A program made the position numbers and the translations under genes. Under the pieces are notes generated by a model. It was given only the letters and a program-made list of their open reading frames with translations. It was not told where the DNA came from and searched no databases. This document shows, piece after piece, positions 9,603 to 18,625 of a stretch of DNA of 64,000 nt. Every line of letters begins with the position of its first letter. Position 1 is the first letter of the stretch. The stretch covers positions 593,313 to 657,312 of the forward strand of contig CAZDOJ010000001.1 of NCBI GenBank assembly GCA_964507055.1, in the 5' to 3' direction. Origin of the DNA: an uncultured Gammaproteobacteria bacterium (lineage in GTDB: Bacteria; Patescibacteriota; Microgenomatia; Levybacterales; UBA12049).

Positions 9603-10655
9603 TTACCTCGCTCCTACTTGGCCGATTAATTGGTAAATTGGTGCGATAATTGCCATCATCATTCCTCCGATTAATACACCAACGCCTACAAGCATAATAG
9701 GTTCTATGAGAGCAGTGAGGGTTTTTAATGTACTTGAGACTTGATAATCGAGATATTCTGAAACATCCAGCATCGCTTTGTCCAAAGATCCACTACGCTC
9801 ACCTGCTTCAATAATTTTGATCATAATTGGAGGAATCACCTTTTTACTATCGCGTAATCCCTCAGACAACTTCTTCCCACCAAACACAACAATTTTTGTA
9901 TGTTTGATCGCATTTTGAATATTCTTCTTGATAACCACATCCTGCGTTAATTCCAAGGCTGTAGTAATCGGAATACCTGCTGTGAGAAGTAGATACAAAC
10001 TTCTGGTAAATCTTGTTAAATCAATTTGCTGCGTCAAAAGTGAAATCAATGGCAAAGAAGTAAGTGCTCGAACAATTGCCATGCGATTTTGTTTGTAAAC
10101 AAAAATTACAGATGCAATCATAATTGTGATAACAGCAATAATTGGAATTGTATATGTAAGTAATGCATTGGAAAGAAATATCATAATCTGTGTAGGCAGT
10201 GGCAATTCTACGTTCAATCGAAGGAATACGGTCGCAATTCGAGGCACAACCACAACTAATATAACCACCATTACAAGGATAAAAACAATAACAATAAATA
10301 TTGGATAAATGAGTGCTGATTTGATCTTATCGTTAAATTCTATTTCTTTTCGTATACTGAGCTTTAAATCTTCAAGTGCTGTATCAAGTGTACCCGAATC
10401 TTCGGAGGCTTTAATAATATTGACTGTAACCGGATCAAATATTTTGGGGAACTTTTGAAATGTTGTATACATATGCTGTCCCTGTGCCAAGTCAGAACGC
10501 ATCTCCATAAGCAATTTTTTGGGTCCGCCTTTTGCATCTTCCAATAATGACTCTACCGTTTCAAGAATAGGAATACCTGATGAAAGCATCGTATGAAGAT
10601 TACTAACTAATGCAATTTTATCGCTCGCAGAAAGTGATGTATTATATTTTTTCAT
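9603..10655 (-). CDS. pilC: Type IV pilus inner-membrane platform protein PilC (GspF/T2SS-F family)
   Basis: Two T2SSF-like repeats and three TM segments. It sits immediately downstream of pilB. Confidence 0.85.
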   Translation of the reverse strand: MKKYNTSLSASDKIALVSNLHTMLSSGIPILETVESLLEDAKGGPKKLLMEMRSDLAQGQHMYTTFQKFPKIFDPVTVNIIKASEDSGTLDTALEDLKLSIRKEIEFNDKIKSALIYPIFIVIVFILVMVVILVVVVPRIATVFLRLNVELPLPTQIMIFLSNALLTYTIPIIAVITIMIASVIFVYKQNRMAIVRALTSLPLISLLTQQIDLTRFTRSLYLLLTAGIPITTALELTQDVVIKKNIQNAIKHTKIVVFGGKKLSEGLRDSKKVIPPIMIKIIEAGERSGSLDKAMLDVSEYLDYQVSSTLKTLTALIEPIMLVGVGVLIGGMMMAIIAPIYQLIGQVGAR

Positions 10656-10658
10656 AGA

Positions 10659-12344
10659 CTAAAGTGCTTCAATCTTTGTAACACGGAGTACTTCTTCAAT
10701 TGTAGTTTGACCTGTTACGACTTTGCTCAAACCATCATCAAGCATGGTTGTCATACCACCTTCAACCGCTTTTTTAAGAATAAGATCAGAGTCATTATTT
10801 TCAGTAATTAATTTTTTAATATCATTGTTTACTTCTAATACTTCAAAGATACCTAGTCGACCGGAATAACCAGTATTGTGACAAACTTCACAACCTTTAC
10901 CTTTGTAAATACGTATATCTTTTTTTGTACCAAAATGTTTTTTAATTGCTTCTTTTGGCAAATTCAAAATCAATTGATCTGAAGTAACATCCTGTGATCC
11001 TTTACACATTTCGCAAATCTTACGAACAAGTCTTTGTGCGATGATAACATTTACGGTAGAGGCAACGAGAAATGGTTCAACATTCATATCTGTTAAACGT
11101 GGTAACGCACCAGAAGCATCATTGGTATGAAGTGTAGACAAAACTAAATGCCCTGTAAGTGCTGCGTTTACAGCAATTCCAGCCGTCTCAGAATCACGAA
11201 TTTCTCCGACAAGAATCACATTAGGATCTTGACGAAGGATTGACCGTAAACCTGAAGCAAAAGTTAAATTTGTTTTAGCATTTGTCTGAATCTGATTAAT
11301 ACCCTTCAATCGATATTCAACTGGATCTTCAATTGTTGTGATATTTTTCTCACGTGAATTAATAATCTTCAACACTGAATAGATAGAAGTTGATTTACCT
11401 GAACCTGTTGGACCGGTTGAGAGGATTAAGCCAAAAGATTTTTTGAAGGCATTGGTTACTTTCTCTAAATCTTTTTGACTCATACCAAGATCTGCCAAGG
11501 AAAATTGTCTGAAATGAGAAGCAAGCAAGCGCATAACAATCTTCTCACCATAAATAACTGGCAGGATAGAGACACGCAAATCTAAGTTCTCTTCTTCAAG
11601 TTCAATACGAATTTTTCCATCCTGTGGTGCCATGTGCTCATCTGTACGCAAACTTGCGAGCACTTTTATACGCGTGGATATCTGATCATGGAGTTTCTTA
11701 GGAAGGGCTAATACATCATGCAAAATACCATCCACACGGAAACGAACCAATGTATCCTTTTCTTCCGGTTCGATATGAATATCAGAAGCACGATCTTGAT
11801 ATGCGTATTGAATAATCAAATCTACAATCTTGGCAATCGGGACATCAATAGAAGCAGTTTTACCTGCAGTACGAACTTGCTCAGAAACAAGCGTATCAAA
11901 AGTCTTTTGCAAATCTCTTCGATACAGCCAAAGTTTGTTATAGATATCACGTTCTGTTGCCAAATACGCAAACACTTTTTGCCCGGTTTTCTTGGCGATC
12001 ATTTCCTGAATCAACGTATTTTTCGGATCAACCATCGCAACTTTAATACCATCTTTATCACGGGCGAAAGGAATTGCTTTATATTTACGGGCCAACCGTT
12101 CGGGAATAATACGAAATGCCTCTTCAGGGATAGAGATCTTTCCAAGTACAACAAATGGGATTTTAAACGCATCAGAGATAAGGACACCGAGGTTTTCGTC
12201 TGTGACAACATCTTTCTCAATTAACGCATCTGTGAGCGTAATATCAGAATTCTTTGCATACTCAAGGACTTCTTCAAGTTTTTTTTGATCGGCGATTTTA
12301 ACATTAAGAAGAAGCGTCTTTAACTGATCATCTGTAATCAACAT
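10659..12344 (-). CDS. pilB: Type IV pilus assembly ATPase PilB (GspE family)
   Basis: Walker A GPTGSGKST, Asp and His boxes, and a tetracysteine Zn motif (CEMCKGS...CEVCHNTG). It is 561 aa. Confidence 0.9.
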   Translation of the reverse strand: MLITDDQLKTLLLNVKIADQKKLEEVLEYAKNSDITLTDALIEKDVVTDENLGVLISDAFKIPFVVLGKISIPEEAFRIIPERLARKYKAIPFARDKDGIKVAMVDPKNTLIQEMIAKKTGQKVFAYLATERDIYNKLWLYRRDLQKTFDTLVSEQVRTAGKTASIDVPIAKIVDLIIQYAYQDRASDIHIEPEEKDTLVRFRVDGILHDVLALPKKLHDQISTRIKVLASLRTDEHMAPQDGKIRIELEEENLDLRVSILPVIYGEKIVMRLLASHFRQFSLADLGMSQKDLEKVTNAFKKSFGLILSTGPTGSGKSTSIYSVLKIINSREKNITTIEDPVEYRLKGINQIQTNAKTNLTFASGLRSILRQDPNVILVGEIRDSETAGIAVNAALTGHLVLSTLHTNDASGALPRLTDMNVEPFLVASTVNVIIAQRLVRKICEMCKGSQDVTSDQLILNLPKEAIKKHFGTKKDIRIYKGKGCEVCHNTGYSGRLGIFEVLEVNNDIKKLITENNDSDLILKKAVEGGMTTMLDDGLSKVVTGQTTIEEVLRVTKIEAL

Positions 12345-12389
12345 AGGCAGTAATTTTATTGTACAGGAAAATGAGAAAATGCAATAGAC

Positions 12390-12749
12390 TTATGCCTTAC
12401 TAACCTCGAGGATTTTTGCATATAACTTATCAAAATCAAAAAAACTTTTATTGACATATCCTTTCGCTCCAAGCAGGCGTGCTTTCTCAACATCTTTTTC
12501 TTGACCGAGCGTTGAGAATACCAATGTAGGGATATTTGTCCCTTCTTTCTTCATCGTTTCGAGAACTTCAAAACCATCCTTCTTTGGCATAATAATATCA
12601 AGTAGAACTAAATCAGGATGGAATGAAGCAATCTTTTGTAACCCTTCTTCTCCATCAGCGGCGACATCAATTTCTATTCCCTTTTCTTTTAATTTCGTGG
12701 AATAAAAACCGCGGAAAAATGTATCATCTTCAATGAGCAGAATTTTCAT
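12390..12749 (-). CDS. Standalone response regulator receiver (CheY/PilH-like) protein
   Basis: MKILLIEDDTFFRGFY...DLVLLDIIMPKKDGFEV...KGYVNK is a full REC signature. At 119 aa it has no output domain. Confidence 0.85.
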   Translation of the reverse strand: MKILLIEDDTFFRGFYSTKLKEKGIEIDVAADGEEGLQKIASFHPDLVLLDIIMPKKDGFEVLETMKKEGTNIPTLVFSTLGQEKDVEKARLLGAKGYVNKSFFDFDKLYAKILEVSKA

Positions 12750-12761
12750 AAGCTATATCTA

Positions 12762-13152
12762 TTATACCTTAATAGTACTAATTGATTGCAATTCCTCAAT
12801 TTGTGGATGGAGGTCAATTTCATTGTCTTGTGTTTCAAGTTGCGTGATTGATGTCTGCATCTGTGTCACAGCTTTTACGAGAGCTTGCTGGATTTCAGGT
12901 GTAATAACAAAGCCCTCATCAATCTTGGCTTTGAAGATTCGTTCGATCAATCGGGAGAGTTGACCAATTGAGTTGTACTCCATCATCAAACTCTGACTTC
13001 CCATTGAATGTGCTGCCCGATGAATCGTTTCAACCATTTCTTTGTCATCCATATTAAGCGATCCAATACCTTGGAGTTGTTCCATATATGGTTTTGCTGA
13101 TTGAAGATAGAGAGACTTATACTTGAGTTTGTCTTCGCTTGAAAGTGGCATA
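12762..13152 (-). CDS. Hpt-like (histidine phosphotransfer) small helical protein. The ORF can extend to 13268, but the start at MPLSSEDK (13152) avoids overlap with the divergent gene.
   Basis: AAHSMGSQSLMMEYNSIGQLSRLIE resembles the Hpt HxxKG phospho-histidine helix. The assignment is tentative. Confidence 0.4.
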
Positions 13153-13226
13153 GTAATGCACTTACTATACTCAGAATTAGAAATGTTGTCAACGAATGCC
13201 TGAGGTATGATAATATTAAATATACT

Positions 13227-14417
13227 ATGCCCTCTTTTGTCGTCTGGTTTAAGGATGCTGATACACATGAATCTTCGCTTCTAGGAAAAGCTAGTAAACA
13301 TATTGGGAATCTTACACAAGCCGGGTTTCCTATCGCTCCTGGATTTATTATCACTTCAAAGGCATATCACACATTCCTTAAAGAAAATAAGCTTGATGTA
13401 AAAATCAAAAAGCTTTTAACTACCGTAAACATAGAACATCCTGAATCCGTTTATCAAGTTGCTCGACATGTACAAGATCTTATTTCACAAGCATCTATTC
13501 CGGAGAATGTAGCTCAAGAAATAAAGGATTTCTACAAACGCCTCAACACAAAAAAAGCTTCACTTGAAGCACATACAACAGTCAAGCCGTCTCATAAAAT
13601 TCTCAAACAACAAATCAGCGACTTTGAAAGTTTGGCGAAAGGATTGAAAGAAGCATGGACACAACATTTTGAACCAAATCACTTCTGGAAACGTCATGAA
13701 CATGGACATGATCATCTCGATACTGGTGTTGAAGTACTAATCCAATTGGATCTAAATGCTGTTAAGACAGGGATCATGCATACTGTAAATGTTCATAATC
13801 AGAGTAAAGACACTCTCTCCATTACTGTTAGCCATCCGCATACCTCGGATGAATATACTCTAACGAAGAAAAACCTGATGTTAATTAAACGAAAACTCTC
13901 CCACTATGGAAAAGCTCCAAAACTTACCTATCAGGAACTCTTTAAGATTGCAAAACTTGGCAAAGCAATTGAGCAACATCTCTACTTCCCGCAGCAAATC
14001 CAATGGGCAATCGTTGATGACCAAGTATATGTACTTCATACAAAACCATTTTCAGATCTTCCAAAAACGAAAAAGGAATTAAAAAAGAAACTTGCTGCAG
14101 CTCGAGGAATCTCTATAACCAAAACAATTGGCTCAGGTCCAGTAACTATTATTCAGCATGAACATGATTTAGATAAGATACATGAACATATTGTTGTAGT
14201 ATCCACGATTAAAAAAGAGCAATTAAATAAACTGAAAAAAGCAAAAGGAATTATTGCTGAAAGAGGTGATACTCATTCAGAAGTTTCAGTCCTCATCAGA
14301 GAACTTGGGATACCCACTATTTACGGAGTTACGAACGCAACCAAGAAACTGAAAAATGGCTATGTTATCACAATTCATGCAGGTAAAGGTGAAGTTTATC
14401 TCGGTGGATTTCATTAA
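13227..14417 (+). CDS. PEP-utilising enzyme family protein: a PpsA/PPDK N-terminal nucleotide-binding domain plus a mobile phosphohistidine domain, with no C-terminal TIM-barrel
   Basis: The N-terminus LLGKASKHIGNLTQAGFPIAPGFIIT...WAIVDDQVYVLHTKP matches the PPDK_N fold. The C-terminus GSGPVTII...IAERGDTHSEVSVLIRELGIPTIYGV matches the PEP-utilisers swivel domain, with the conserved His. Confidence 0.7.
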   Translation: MPSFVVWFKDADTHESSLLGKASKHIGNLTQAGFPIAPGFIITSKAYHTFLKENKLDVKIKKLLTTVNIEHPESVYQVARHVQDLISQASIPENVAQEIKDFYKRLNTKKASLEAHTTVKPSHKILKQQISDFESLAKGLKEAWTQHFEPNHFWKRHEHGHDHLDTGVEVLIQLDLNAVKTGIMHTVNVHNQSKDTLSITVSHPHTSDEYTLTKKNLMLIKRKLSHYGKAPKLTYQELFKIAKLGKAIEQHLYFPQQIQWAIVDDQVYVLHTKPFSDLPKTKKELKKKLAAARGISITKTIGSGPVTIIQHEHDLDKIHEHIVVVSTIKKEQLNKLKKAKGIIAERGDTHSEVSVLIRELGIPTIYGVTNATKKLKNGYVITIHAGKGEVYLGGFH

Positions 14418-14469
14418 TTTTAAACTCTTCTTGATTCTCTAAGCTTAATTTTATATACTAAGTTCTGTT

Positions 14470-15093
14470 ATGGCATACCTCGTACTTGTAAGACACGGAG
14501 AATCAGAATGGAACGCTAAAGGGCTTTGGACAGGTTGGACAGATGTAAACCTTAGTGAGAATGGACGTGAAGAAGCAAAGAAAGCAGGAGAATCCCTCCA
14601 TGATATCCATTTTGATTATGCATACACCTCAGCTTTGAAACGTGCACAGCAAACACTTCTGGAAATTCAAAATGTTTTAGGAACTAATATAATTCCGACA
14701 GCAGATAAAGCCTTAAACGAACGTAGTTATGGAGATTTTACAGGTAAGAATAAATGGGAAGTAAAAGAACAAGTTGGTGAAGAAGAATTCCAAAGAATCC
14801 GAAGAAGTTGGGATTATCCCCCAGCAAATGGTGAATCTTTGAAGATGGTTTACGAGAGAGTTCTTCCTTATTACCAAACTGAGATTGAACCAAAGCTTAA
14901 AGAGGGCAAAAACGTCATTATTGCTGCTCATGGAAATAGTCTTAGAGCTCTCATCAAATATTTGGAAAATGTCTCAGATGAAGATATTACCACCCTCGAA
15001 CTAGCAACTGGTGGACTATATGTCTATCAATTAGATGATCAAGGAAAAGTTACTTCCAAAGAGGTCCGAGGATCCAACACAAATACTCACTAA
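14470..15093 (+). CDS. gpmA: 2,3-bisphosphoglycerate-dependent phosphoglycerate mutase
   Basis: LVLVRHGESEWNAKGLWTGWTDVNLSENG is the histidine phosphatase RHG motif, with gpmA-type context. Confidence 0.9.
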   Translation: MAYLVLVRHGESEWNAKGLWTGWTDVNLSENGREEAKKAGESLHDIHFDYAYTSALKRAQQTLLEIQNVLGTNIIPTADKALNERSYGDFTGKNKWEVKEQVGEEEFQRIRRSWDYPPANGESLKMVYERVLPYYQTEIEPKLKEGKNVIIAAHGNSLRALIKYLENVSDEDITTLELATGGLYVYQLDDQGKVTSKEVRGSNTNTH

Positions 15094-15094
15094 T

Positions 15095-15757
15095 CTATCG
15101 CTTTCCGTCCCATTCACTGTAAAACTCATCTAGAAATTTCTTCATAAATATCTCACGATCTTTTGCAATTGCTTTTGCAGTTTTTGTATGCATCAACTTT
15201 CGGATTAAGAATAATTTTTCGTAAAAATGATTTATTGTGGTTCCTTTGTGATTTTTATACTCTTCCTGTGTCTTAAAGACTTTCGGTTTTTCTTTTGGAT
15301 TGTACATCTCTCTTTGCTTAAATCCGCCATATGCAAAAGCTCTTCCAATTCCAATTGCACCTAAGGCGTCCAAACGATCAGCATCCTGTACAATTTTAGC
15401 TTCAATTGTTACAGGTTTTATAGAATTTGCTCCACCTTTAAAAGAAATTGAACGAATGTCTCCGCATAGTCGTTCCACAAGCTCCGGATTCAAACCCATT
15501 TTTTGTAACCAAGCACGCTCTACGGAATTATTCGTATCCTCATAGAATTTCCAATCAGCAATGTCATGAAGAAGTGCAATTAATTGCAGCACGAATAAGT
15601 CAACATTTTTTTCTGATTGGGCAATTTTCAAAGAAAGCTTTACTACTCGTTCTACATGGAACCAATCATGTCCGGTCGTTTCTCCAGACATTGTCTTAAA
15701 AACATATATTTCTGTTAGTTGTAATATTTTTGTATGTTCAATTTCAGATTCTTCCAT
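15095..15757 (-). CDS. HD-domain metal-dependent phosphohydrolase
   Basis: Contains H...HD (HDWFHVERV ... LLHDIADWK) motifs. Confidence 0.75.
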   Translation of the reverse strand: MEESEIEHTKILQLTEIYVFKTMSGETTGHDWFHVERVVKLSLKIAQSEKNVDLFVLQLIALLHDIADWKFYEDTNNSVERAWLQKMGLNPELVERLCGDIRSISFKGGANSIKPVTIEAKIVQDADRLDALGAIGIGRAFAYGGFKQREMYNPKEKPKVFKTQEEYKNHKGTTINHFYEKLFLIRKLMHTKTAKAIAKDREIFMKKFLDEFYSEWDGKR

Positions 15758-15793
15758 ATTTCATATTATATGCCAATTATTTATAATTAAGCT

Positions 15794-16144
15794 ATGATTT
15801 TTGTGATGTATGCAATATTTCTACTGGGCTACATTGTTTTCGGTTCCATCCTTTTACTTATAGAACTCATAATCGTAGTACAAATAATAACCTTTTTGCA
15901 AAAATTTAAACTTTTTAAAAAGTTTAATTTCTTAAAAATTTATTTGGGAAATATATCACCTAAATCTCTTTTTTACTTCATAGTTGGCATAATAGTTAAT
16001 GCGGGAATATTACATTTTTACATTATTCCCCATGTACTCCCTACCCTAAGTAATTCTGAGTTTGGAAAAGTGTGCGATACAGTAAATAACCCTTCAGCAC
16101 CTGAAAGTGGTTGCCAAGAATTAATGCCATATAGAGGCTATTAA
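15794..16144 (+). CDS. Hypothetical small membrane protein (weak)
   Basis: ORF only. Its hydrophobic sequence sits between convergent genes, so it may be spurious. Confidence 0.25.
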   Translation: MIFVMYAIFLLGYIVFGSILLLIELIIVVQIITFLQKFKLFKKFNFLKIYLGNISPKSLFYFIVGIIVNAGILHFYIIPHVLPTLSNSEFGKVCDTVNNPSAPESGCQELMPYRGY

Positions 16145-16857
16145 AGATGAAAGAGGAGGACAAATTCGCCTTTTGGCTCTTTTTTCTTATAAAACTTTAT
16201 CGCCTCAGCAATTTTTCTTCGTTTTACTTCTTCATATATCTTCGTTAACTCTCGGGCAAAAACAACTTCAATGTTTCCAAAGACCTTTTCCATATCTTGA
16301 AGTGTCTTTATCACCTTGTGGGGAGCTTCAAACATGACAACCGTTGCGTTAACAGACTCAAGACTCGTTTTGATATTTTCGAAATAAGTAATTCTATGGC
16401 CAGGCTTATGTGGAGGATATCCAACGAAGGTGAACTTATCTGTTGGTAGTCCTGATGCCGTTAATGCAGTTAAAACAGAGGATGCCCCAGGCAATGCAAC
16501 AACTTTAATATCTTCCTTCAAACATTCACGAACGAGCTTGAATCCTGGATCTGAAATTGCTGGAGTTCCTGCATCAGAAACAAGAGCAACATCTTGTTCT
16601 GCTTTGAGTAAACTTATAATCTCGGGAATTCTTTGTAATTCGGTTTGATCATAATATGACATAAGCCGAGGCTTTCCCTTATCTTCAGGATTATTTGAGA
16701 ATTCCTGTAATAACTTTTCCAGAAGCATTCCTGTACGTCTTGTATCTTCACAGGCAATTACTTGCACCGAAAACAGGATCTTAAGAGCACGAAGTGTAAT
16801 ATCTGCGAGATTCCCAATTGGGGTTGGTACAATATAGAGTGTTCCCATAGAGGACAT
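16141..16857 (-). CDS. rsmI: 16S rRNA (cytidine1402-2'-O)-methyltransferase RsmI
   Basis: LYIVPTPIGNLADITLRALKIL...CEDTRRTG is the tetrapyrrole-methylase-like RsmI signature. Confidence 0.9.
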   Translation of the reverse strand: MSSMGTLYIVPTPIGNLADITLRALKILFSVQVIACEDTRRTGMLLEKLLQEFSNNPEDKGKPRLMSYYDQTELQRIPEIISLLKAEQDVALVSDAGTPAISDPGFKLVRECLKEDIKVVALPGASSVLTALTASGLPTDKFTFVGYPPHKPGHRITYFENIKTSLESVNATVVMFEAPHKVIKTLQDMEKVFGNIEVVFARELTKIYEEVKRRKIAEAIKFYKKKEPKGEFVLLFHL

Positions 16858-16889
16858 TATACAACAAACCTTAATTTGTATATAAAGTA

Positions 16890-17603
16890 CTAGAAGTATC
16901 GTCGAACGAGGCCAACAACTTTTCCTTGAATCTTTACTGTATTTGGATAAATAGGTTGCATAGTTGCATTTGCAGGCTTGAGGACAACTTTTCCGCCCTC
17001 TTTATAAAATCTTTTCAATGTCGCCAAGTTATCATCAACTAACGCTACGACAATCTCCCCATTCATTGCATCGTTTACCTTTTCGATAACTACGAAATCT
17101 CCATCCATGATGCCATCTTCGATCATTGATTCACCTTTTACTTGTAATACGTATGCAGTCTTTGAACCTGTAAGCATTGATGCAGAGACTTGGAATGTTG
17201 CATTTGGATCAATATGTGGCTCAAGTGGCCTACCAGCTGCAATATAACCCATGAGTGGCAATTCTACTGAAGGAGAAGTACCCATGAAAGTAGAAATAAC
17301 ATTCTCATCCTTCACCTTAAGAACACGTGCATTTCCATCAACTTTTTGTACATACCCTTTATCGACTAAATTTCTGAGAATAACGTGAATTGTTGAAACA
17401 CTTTTATGTCCAGTTGCATCAGCGATTTCTCGAAGCGTTGGGGCATACGTATGTTTATTTTGAAATTGTACGAGGAATTCAAGTACTTGTCTTTCTTTTC
17501 TATATAAAACTCCTGGCATAGGCTTAATAGGTATCGACTTTCTTCTTAAAATAAAAGACGAACTGTTAATGAAAAATATACGACAATTCGTATATTTTAT
17601 CAA
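16890..17603 (-). CDS. lexA: LexA repressor (S24 peptidase). The probable true start is MPGVLYRKE at 17519.
   Basis: A winged HTH (TLREIADATGHKSVSTIHVIL) is followed by an S24 domain with Ser (KGESM) and Lys (LKRF) catalytic residues. The first 28 aa of the longest ORF look non-protein-like. Confidence 0.85.
   Translation of the reverse strand: MIKYTNCRIFFINSSSFILRRKSIPIKPMPGVLYRKERQVLEFLVQFQNKHTYAPTLREIADATGHKSVSTIHVILRNLVDKGYVQKVDGNARVLKVKDENVISTFMGTSPSVELPLMGYIAAGRPLEPHIDPNATFQVSASMLTGSKTAYVLQVKGESMIEDGIMDGDFVVIEKVNDAMNGEIVVALVDDNLATLKRFYKEGGKVVLKPANATMQPIYPNTVKIQGKVVGLVRRYF
17576..17595. promoter_or_regulatory. Palindrome ATATACGACAATTCGTATAT upstream of the probable lexA start. It is a candidate SOS/LexA operator.
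   Basis: A perfect 7-bp inverted repeat (ATATACG/CGTATAT) with a core TACGA-N4-TCGTA, 57-76 bp upstream of the ATG at 17519. It resembles Gram-positive-type CGAAC-N4-GTTCG boxes. Confidence 0.3.
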
Positions 17604-17722
17604 TAATACATTCTATATACTAACTATATCACTTTTACTATATAAATATTACCTATCCATAACTCTTCCATAAAAATTAACACTATAAACCTTTCGAATT
17701 ATTTGCTATACTATGTGACCTT

Positions 17723-18589
17723 ATGAATGCGGCAACATTAATACAACTACCAATTAACCTTCTTAGCCACCGCGGTGAAGCTCGACGTATCCAAGACCTC
17801 GAAAACGTACTGCGTTTTGATCAAGCAGAAAGAGTAATTCATAGAAATAATCTACATACTCATATGCTTCGTGTCGGATATTTGAGTGCCGATATCGCAA
17901 TTCATTTACGTACAAATTACGATATCCATGTTGATGCAGGAAAGACTCAACGTCTTGCTCAATATCATGATGATCCTGAAGTAATCACTGGAGATATACC
18001 GACCCCCATTAAGTACTCTATGAAACCAAATGAGCGATTAGCTTTGAGAAAGGCAGAAAAAGAAGCTGTTCAAGAGCTTGCTACTCGATATTTTAGTATC
18101 AATCCTTGGAAGAAAAGACAGTACCTAAAAGATCAACAAGATATGACTGATAAAACTTCGCATGAAGCACGTATAGTAAATATCGCTGATAAAATGGAGG
18201 GGCTTTGCGAAACAATTCACGAAATTCGTTGCGGCAATGATACATTTGAACAAATACTCAATAACTACCGTGCATTTTTCAGCACATTTATTGAAAATGA
18301 ATCACTTTTTGAATTAGTAAATGCCGACGCTACATATCGGATAACCCTGCAATCGATCCCAACAGTTGAAGAAGCAAATACATTTACGAAAATAGCTTTT
18401 AAAGATTTTGGAGTAAATCCTCAAGTATTTTGGGATACTGTATTTGATAAAAATCTTCCAAGCTTTTACAAACAGTGGCTTGCTATATCAGTAAAACAAC
18501 TTGGCCCACAGGCACTTTTTCCAGGCTGGAAAAAAGAATTAGGATCAGCCACACCTTCTTCAGAAACTATGCAAAACTTCATTGGGTAA
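17723..18589 (+). CDS. HD-domain phosphohydrolase (YfbR-like 5'-deoxynucleotidase family)
   Basis: H...HD...E...GD motif (HTHMLRV ... YHDDPEVITGDIPTP). It is divergent from lexA and upstream of uvrB. Confidence 0.6.
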   Translation: MNAATLIQLPINLLSHRGEARRIQDLENVLRFDQAERVIHRNNLHTHMLRVGYLSADIAIHLRTNYDIHVDAGKTQRLAQYHDDPEVITGDIPTPIKYSMKPNERLALRKAEKEAVQELATRYFSINPWKKRQYLKDQQDMTDKTSHEARIVNIADKMEGLCETIHEIRCGNDTFEQILNNYRAFFSTFIENESLFELVNADATYRITLQSIPTVEEANTFTKIAFKDFGVNPQVFWDTVFDKNLPSFYKQWLAISVKQLGPQALFPGWKKELGSATPSSETMQNFIG

Positions 18590-18625
18590 AACGGTTTTTT
18601 CCCAAAGTTGTGTTACAATACCTCT

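Noticed and set aside
11718-12224. 168-aa ORF antisense to pilB
   Set aside because: It lies entirely within the strongly supported PilB ATPase gene, so it is a spurious reverse-frame ORF.
12986-13354. 122-aa minus-strand ORF overlapping the 5' end of the PEP-utilising gene and the Hpt-like gene
   Set aside because: It overlaps two better-supported genes in alternative frames and has no domain signal.
16890-17603. Long N-terminal extension of LexA (MIKYTNCRIFFINSSSFILRRKSIPIKP...)
   Set aside because: The extension is non-protein-like and contains the candidate operator palindrome, so the internal Met at 17519 is the likely start.
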